From NCBI GenBank assembly GCA_017654855.1, contig CM030338.1, positions 2,666,001 through 2,730,000 of the forward strand: a DNA stretch of 64,000 nucleotides, written 5' to 3'. Made by a program: the position numbers and the translations under genes. Positions 56,942-64,000 of the stretch are shown in pieces. The notes beneath the pieces are model-generated. The model was given only the letters and a program-made list of their open reading frames with translations, had not been told where the DNA came from and did no database searches. How positions within the stretch are numbered: the first letter of the stretch is position 1; every line of letters begins with the position of its first letter. The DNA comes from Podospora anserina. Taxonomy: Eukaryota.

Positions 56942-59900
56942 TCAAACCCGCTGATCAGCAAAATCCAACACCTCGCAATCATCCTCAAAAAACCCGTCCT
57001 CACCATTCCCCGAACCACCTGCTCCCCGTCTGCGTCTTGTGGTAATCACAATCTGCGTGTCGTCATCCCCGCGGAAAAGGACCCTTTCCATCGCCGAGGC
57101 GGGCAAGGCACGCGAGGCTTCGAGGTCAATGTTGAATGACTCGTCCTCTGGCAGATGGGGCAGACCGAGATCGATCTTGGTGGCGCTGATCGGCAGGCCA
57201 AACACCCAGGTATCATCGGCGTCGTTCTCATCAGCGGCAGCAGCCTCATCAGCAGCAGCAGCAGCCTCCTCAACAGGGGGCGGAGTCGCACGAGCGGCTT
57301 TGCCCTTCTTCTTGCGCGGTGCTGATGGTTCTGCCTGAGTGTCCTCCAACTGAGTCTCGGCCAAAATGGACGTGATCTCCAAGGACTTGGCTTTGGAGGA
57401 GGACGTCATCTCATACAAGGCGATGCGTCTGTCGGTGTGGAAAGGCTGGTACGGGGCGCTGGACTCAATCTCGGCCTGAGGAATAGACGACTCAACGTCG
57501 CCATACCGGGCCCGCAAGCTAGGCTTGGTCTGGTTCAGTACCAGAGTGTTGTTGAAGGGGTCCAGGTCCCGCTCGGAGAAATCCAAATACTCATCGGGAT
57601 CCAAAATGCGCTTCACCGCTGGAGCTATGGAGTCGTCAGGCAGCAACGGGAGCTGATGATCTGTGTACCTAGAGAGCCGCTGTCCCCGCTTGCCGTGGGC
57701 ACCAGACCTCTTGCTCTGGAATACTCTGACCTGACCCCCTCCCAAGACAGAGAGAGAGCGGTCACGCTTGGCGACCCAGGCTACGCAACCGGGCTCGGGG
57801 AGCACGGAAGAGTTTGGCAATGAAACTCTGTTGTCTCCGGTGTGTCTGAGCTGGCTGATTGCGTTTCCAGTCTTGCCCAGGGAGTGGCTGATGCCGTGAA
57901 CAATCACCTTGCCACCATGAGCAGCATATTCTGCAGCACCTGCAAAGGCTGGGGTGTTCGAGTTGCTCCGACGCTGGCGATTGATCAGCGGGCGGGCGGC
58001 TTCCCGGACAGAGCTCAAGGCGTTTGTCGCCATCGAAACAGCCGAAGTCGAGCCTTCTGGAACAGCAGCTTTGGTCTCCTCGGGAAGTCGGCGACGCGGA
58101 GGCGGCCAGGAAAAGGCACCCGACGGAAGATCCAAAAGGTGAACGGTGCCGCGCTCAGTGACCATGGCAGCACGCTCACCATGGGGCTGGGTCCAGGCCA
58201 GTTCAACAATACGAGCAACCGTCATGCGCGAGAACTGGGCAACTTGACGCACACGTGGACCTCCGACAGGTGAGCCAGTAGCCTGGAGAGGCGATGACTT
58301 GGTGTTCTGAACCCGCATCAAATCCCACACCGTCTGGACGTCGCCCTTGCTGCTCGCGCTGAACAGAAAAAGCCCTGAAGGTGATAGTGAGAGGAAGCTG
58401 CACCCAAGAGGAATGGTGAACGTAGTGACGGGATGGAGGTTGCTGGATGGCCCAAGACTATCAATGTCCAAAACAGACACAAGACCTGGCTCTTTGGAGA
58501 CAGGTGGCGTCACAGCACCATGTGTGGGAGGGAACTGAGGTGGTGAGGCGCTCAGGCCCCAGTTCTGAGGGGCCTGTGTTGGTGACCTCGGTGTCTGGGA
58601 AGGCTGGGGGTTCCAGTAATTGTTCCAAGCCTGTAAGCCCTGCTTCCCAACCCACTTCGCACCTTGAATCAGCTCTTGCGTGGCGTCGCGCATGAGCTTG
58701 TTGACCACGCTCTCGGAAAGCGGCAGGTCGAGATCCGCATTCGCCTGGGGCAGCTGAGGGGGAGTCACGGACGTCAACCCAGGGGCGCGGCCGTGAATGA
58801 GAACGGGAACCGAAGCACGCAGTGCTATCTGTGAGGACGGTGTAGCAGGACAGTATGCCATCCATCTGGAACTGACGCTGACGATGGCAACCTGAGGTCT
58901 CGGTCGTGGTGGAACTGGTGACCGGCCTCGCTCGTTTTCTTGGCCAGGCTCTCCTTTGAGCGGCTGCTGGAGAGTCGTCCAAACCTTGCCGTGGCATCTG
59001 AAGTGCAACGGCTGATCAGCGACGACGGGTGCCTGCCGATAGATCCAGCATTCTCCGGTAACTCCCGACGACACCACAATACTGCCGCCTTCCGCATGAA
59101 TGTGGAAGGCACCGGTAGGAGGAGGTGCCTTGAATGCTGCGCTTGTGATGGGCATCTTGAGGGGCACCTTTGGCGCCTCGAGAAGAACGCTCACCGGGCG
59201 GCCTGTCTTGAGAGAGTAGACCTCTACAGAGGTGTAATAAGATTCGGCAAATCCGGGCGCCGGGCGACTGCCCGTGACGCTCTCTCTCGAGGACGGGTCA
59301 GGGCTCATGATGTTGGTCATGGCCTCCGATCTTTCGGCAGAAACCGCATCATAATCGCCTTCCACGTTGATAGCGGGAGCAGGCGCGGGCAGGTTCGGCC
59401 CATGAATAACGACTGCGACCAACGGGAAAAGATCCGACTCATGCGGCATCCAGGGAAGGATTTTGGCATGGTAGACACCGCCACGTAGCCCTTTCAGGTT
59501 AGCAACAGTCTCGACCTCCCGTTTTCCAACGGTGAGGATCTCGAGGCCACCTTCATAGCCGGCAAGGACGACATTGGACTTGCTGCTGGCAGGGTCGGTA
59601 TTCGGCAAAGGAAGGGTGTCGAATCCACAATAGTAGCCCCTTTCTCCCGCCTTCATCCCGGAATGCGACTGTGAGTCAAGGTCGATTTCGGGGGCACCGT
59701 AGAAATGAGCCTGGGGCTGATGAGGCAAAGGCGGATTCGAAACAGCTCTATGGGCGTAGTTGGAATGCATGGAGCCGCGCCTAGCTGCCGCGATCGATCC
59801 AAGATGGCTGTGGGTGTCTGGAGGCGAATAATAGTTGTTGTCCACGTGGAAGCTCAAGGGACGTCTTCCTGCAAGCGGGGGAGAGGCCGAAGGCGGGTGA

Positions 59901-60537
59901 TAGCCCACCGAGGGTCTCGGTGAGGACCAGCCTGACGGGATGCCGCGGGGATCTTCATAGGAGGAAGGCGCCGTCGGCGGAGACTCGCCGACTAAGCTGA
60001 TGAGGTTTCCCGGGGAACCGGCCATGCCTGCGGAGATCCCCCGAGTCCATTCCCTGGTGTTCAACGAGGTGCTCGTCGCATATGATGCCGTCGAGGCAGC
60101 ATCCAAGAGGGGCGACGCAACTGGGTTCTCGTTGGACGAGACACTAGCTGGTTTGATCTCTGGAGAGATCACAGGTGAGGCACTGGATGATCCTTTAGTG
60201 GTGCCGGTGCCATTCCCATTACTGATGTAATTAAAGTGGTCAGCCTTGTAGATCCTTAGGTTCCCGAATCGCTCCTTTTCCAGCTTCCTGTGTCCAGGCT
60301 CTTGCTCTTCTTTACCAGGGTAGAGGGAACCCACGTGAACTTGGCACCTTGTTTTGTCACCGCTGCGACCACTCCGCCGCCTTCTTTGCCATTCTTCCGG
60401 TCTTTCTTGGAGACTTTTGGATGCGCCCAGTTAGCTTGCGCTCTGTAGAACAACACAGGGGGGTTCAGGGGTATCTGAGAGCATGGGCAAAATGCAAGCC
60501 AATACCATCAGGACATGACAAAACACAGACCTGGCAT
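56942..60537 (-). CDS. BCAS3-like WD40/PROPPIN-related protein; probable exons 60537-60531, ~60414-60335, 60221-56942
   Basis: SFLSLSPSGLFLFSASSKGDVQTVWDL, QFSRMTVARIVELAW and VTERGTVHLLDL resemble BCAS3/Atg18-like propellers; IPQAEIESSAPYQPFHTDRRI. The 5' exons are inferred from splice signals (the first intron needs an AAG acceptor). Confidence 0.8.
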
Positions 60538-62409
60538 GAATGGCGACCCAGAAGTCAAGCGAGCAGTTATACCGCTCGCGTAACGAGATAGCTGACACCC
60601 CTCAACGCTTGGACGAAGAAGGTGCCGGCCGAAGGGTAATTAAGGTATATCAGCAGTAAAGCGAACAGTATGTATTCAAGTCAAGGCACCGGCGGTAGTC
60701 TCGATATCTGTTCGGTCGTTGCTGACAAGTGTATGTACGCGTGCAACAAGGAGTTGCGATCGAAGTATGACAGGTGCTTCGGGGTGACTCTTTGTGTGTT
60801 GGTTGTAGTGTAGATGCGCGCTCGGGCTGTCTAGACTATCAACGGCTCAACGATGGCGTAGGCGCCTCGGTCGGTCGGAGTGTCGGTCGTAGAGGAGAAG
60901 GACAAAGAAAGGAGCGGAAGATCCCAGAGAGAGGCGCTGTCCAACACAGGAAGCGAGTGAGGTCTTCTGACACGGGCGAAACAAAAAGCCAGCCTTTTTC
61001 TATAAGTATTACGATAAGGTAGAGAGGTAGTATGCAGCATGCAGTGGGGTGTATTATCAAGAGACTAGTAAAGGAAGAGGGAATAACAGAAGAAGACTAG
61101 AAAGAGAGAAGAAGGTTGTGGTGGTGGTTCTGGTTGGTGTTGATGTTGGTATCTGGTGTTGTATGAAAGGAGAAAGAAGAAGAGATGCAAGACGATGGAT
61201 GGAATAACCGTCCTAGCTATGGTGTGTGGTACGGATAAACAGTGCTGGATGAACTGGCCGTGCCTGGATGGATGGACCGGCCGTGACTCGACGGGGAGCG
61301 AGGACGGCCACAGCCAGCTGGGATCAAGGTTGACAGACGGTGCACCTGTGAATGCCGGGTGCAGCACAAGGGCCCAGGAAAGGGGGGAGGGGGTGTGTGG
61401 CTCGTGGTTCGGTCCCTTGCGCGGGCTGGTGGGGTTCTGCAGCAAGGGAAATCCACTCCATGCTGGGGTACTTCAGCCCTGACGGGAATAGCGCCAATGA
61501 ACCCCCAAGATAAGCATGGGATAAGCCCAGCGCTACCACGCTATCAGCCAGAAGCCCAGCAAATGGCGGGGTTTATCTTGTACGCGCTCTGCGGTCCGAG
61601 ACGGTATTTGTGCAGTGCCGCCTCACTTGTGAATTCCCAGAGAAAGGGCGGATGTCATATGTGTCAAGCAAATACACCACGTGAGAGCTGGAAAGTGTCG
61701 GGTTATTTTGAGGTGTGTGTCCAAGCAGTGCCGGCAGCCCCGTTTGATTCCGGGCCTCCAGTCCTTGCCTAGGTACATACGTCATTCCATAATGCCCGTG
61801 GTCAAGGTCATCCATCATGCATTCAGGGCTCGGATTGGAGCACTGTACCGTGATGACGGACGAGAGGACTGGTGACTTGGTCAAGTGCAAAAAATGGAAA
61901 TCGGTAACAATAACCGTTACCTATGTCAACCCGGCATTGTGGTTTCAACCATCGAGCAAGTGGTGATCCCCCCGATGCCGCATGAGTCGACCAAGTACCC
62001 TCTTGGTCACCCCGCCTTTCGCCCAGCGCATTCCCCCTCTGACTCCACCTGCGACTCACCGCAGCACGTCATATCTTATCAGTTGAGTTCGTCCATAACG
62101 ACTACATTCCTCCCAAATGACCAGACGATGCACCTGCCAGTCGGGTTCATCTCAAGAATCATCTCTCTCACTCAGACTCTGTCTTCTGCCAGATTCCATC
62201 TGCATACACCATAGGTTTACTAAACCACCACCCCTTACACCGACAAGCCAATACTTGCGTGGAAAGGTGGAGAAGCCAGAAGCAGGGGCACATGAACAAC
62301 TCCGAGTTGGAGAGAGAGGCGGTGGAGTTTGGAGTCTGCCCCAACAAGTCATCCACGTTGTCCCGATCCTCTATACGATATGCTGAGAAGTCAACCTCCT
62401 CAGACTGTC

Positions 62410-62941
62410 TCAACTCTGCAGCCAAACTCTATACCTCGCCCACTTCCACTTCTCGGCTCCTCCAGACTCGCTTTCCCAGTCTTGTCGAACCAACGTGCCC
62501 TGCGCCGCCCAATCCACCACCTTTTGCTCGGTTTCAGGCCCTTCGCCAGAGACCACCTCCAAAGTAACCTTTCCGCTGAACATGACCTCAACCTCGTCCT
62601 CTCCTTGTTCCCTTTTGAACTTTGTAAATGCATCAGAAGCAGCGGCGTAGAAGTTGCTGAAATCGTGGTGCTTTCTTGACCTTACATCCTTCCACATGCC
62701 GCGTCTCAGCTCCCGTAGCTCTGGAAGTCCATTTAGCCTATGTCTTCCAACATATGTATGCAGGGAGGCATTGCTCACCTTCCCGACCTCTCGCAACCTT
62801 CTTGCCCATGGTGACTTCGGCATCTTCGGTGAAGCAGTCGAGCCAGGGCTCATACATTCGTTTGGGGTCGTCCGATATGGCGAAGAAGTAGAAGATAAAA
62901 CTCGGGATTTCAATCCCCGGCTTGCGAGTAATTGGATTCAT
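62410..62941 (-). CDS. Small SnoaL/NTF2-like protein; exons 62941-62779, 62720-62410
   Basis: FFAISDDP..WLDCFTEDAEVTMGKKVARGREELRELRRGMWKDVRSRKH..EVMFSGKV..VDWAAQGTLV..YRVWL. GTGAGC..CAG intron in frame. Confidence 0.8.
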
Positions 62942-63200
62942 GTTGCTGTGGTTTTGTTTTGTTTGTGTACAGTTAAAAGAAGAGAGAGAAGAGCAATCCG
63001 TTAGGTTGCAAGACCAAACCTCTGAGAAAGTGACGCAATTAACCCTGATGACCCATACTTAACCCTGAGAAAGACATGTACCCCCTGCCTCATGTACACA
63101 AACCAAGCCTTCTTTGAGAATCATATCTTCTCCCCCTTTCCCACATAGGCATCTAACTCTCTTCCTCATCCTGCAACATAATCCCACTGGTCAGATCAAA

Positions 63201-63966
63201 ATGGACAACAGAGACAAAGACAGCATCAACAAGTTCGTCACCGATTTCCTCGCCCAGTCCAGCAACCTCACCGGCGGCGCAAGATGGTTCACGTACTTTG
63301 ACACCCACCCCACAGATCTAGAAACCGGAAACAGCGGCCTATGGGACTTCAAGGATGTAAGCCATCGCTTCGAAAAGTTCATAAGGGACGAGTACGGAAC
63401 TCGTGGCACCGAGCTACGGATAACTGGTGGTTGGATCTACGCTTCAAGACGCAACCCGGACGTACCATTCCGCTACAGGATTGCCTCTCGAGAATATCAC
63501 TCCCTGTCTCCCATCTTCATCACCGGCGACGGGAAGCCCAACGCCGAGGTCATGTTCCGCTGCAAGATCCACCTCACGTTTGGCAGTCCATATTGCCCTA
63601 CAGACAAGAAGGATGATTCAGAACCAGACTATTATCTCGAGAGGGGGGGCCTATGATCTCCCGAGGGAGGACTATCATCCAGAGAGGGAGTCTATACCAG
63701 AGAGACCCAAAAAGTACGACTTTGCTGTTTGGGGCAGGTTGGTCCGACGAGCTGGGGAAAACGAGATACTAAACAACCGTGAGACGGACCAAACTGGGGA
63801 AGACAAGCGAGTAAAACGCGAGAGTGATGATGATGATGATGATGGTTCTGCTCTTAACTTGTGGAAATGGGAAGCGTTCAAGTCCTGGGAGTATGACATG
63901 ACCGACGAGAAGTTGGGGGTCAGGCTCGATGATGAAGATTACCTGTTTCGAAGAAGATGGCCTTGA
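63201..63966 (+). pseudogene. Divergent SnoaL-like paralogue split by a +1 frameshift at G7 (63643-63649); pseudogene or sequencing error
   Basis: ORF 63201-63656 (KFVTDFLAQSSN, AEVMFRCKIHL) continues in the +1 frame (YDFAVWGRLVR, WKWEAFKSW). Both halves resemble the neighbouring gene. Confidence 0.6.
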
Positions 63967-64000
63967 GTGAAGGAACACTAGCTGTAGAAGATAGGCAATA

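Overview
Gene-dense chromosomal DNA from a filamentous ascomycete, Sordariales-like (inferred from short GT-AG introns with CTRAC branch sites, pacC, qip and an AT-rich relic with possible RIP). It holds about 16 intact protein genes: HUT1-like transporter, F-box/LRR, PAS-kinase-like, SEA4/MIOS, EFG1, a dsRBD-like protein, a SET protein, a PHO13-like phosphatase, 6-phosphogluconolactonase, two low-complexity hypotheticals, pacC, qip, CWC22, DPM2, and a BCAS3-like WD40 protein. There is also an intron-containing tRNA-Phe. Features the ORF track misses: (1) a 439-bp non-autonomous TIR element with an 8-bp TSD and a 21-nt heptad-like minisatellite, inserted in the loop of a hairpin; (2) that hairpin lies in a degraded copy of the region just upstream of qip, where the loop is inverted and a 71-aa ORF sits; (3) 17 PacC sites in the pacC promoter; (4) a tandem pair of Cys/His zinc-finger-like genes, one pseudogenised; (5) a divergent pair of SnoaL-like paralogues, one split at a G7 run; (6) a GH76 remnant. 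All calls are by eye from motifs; no database searches were run.
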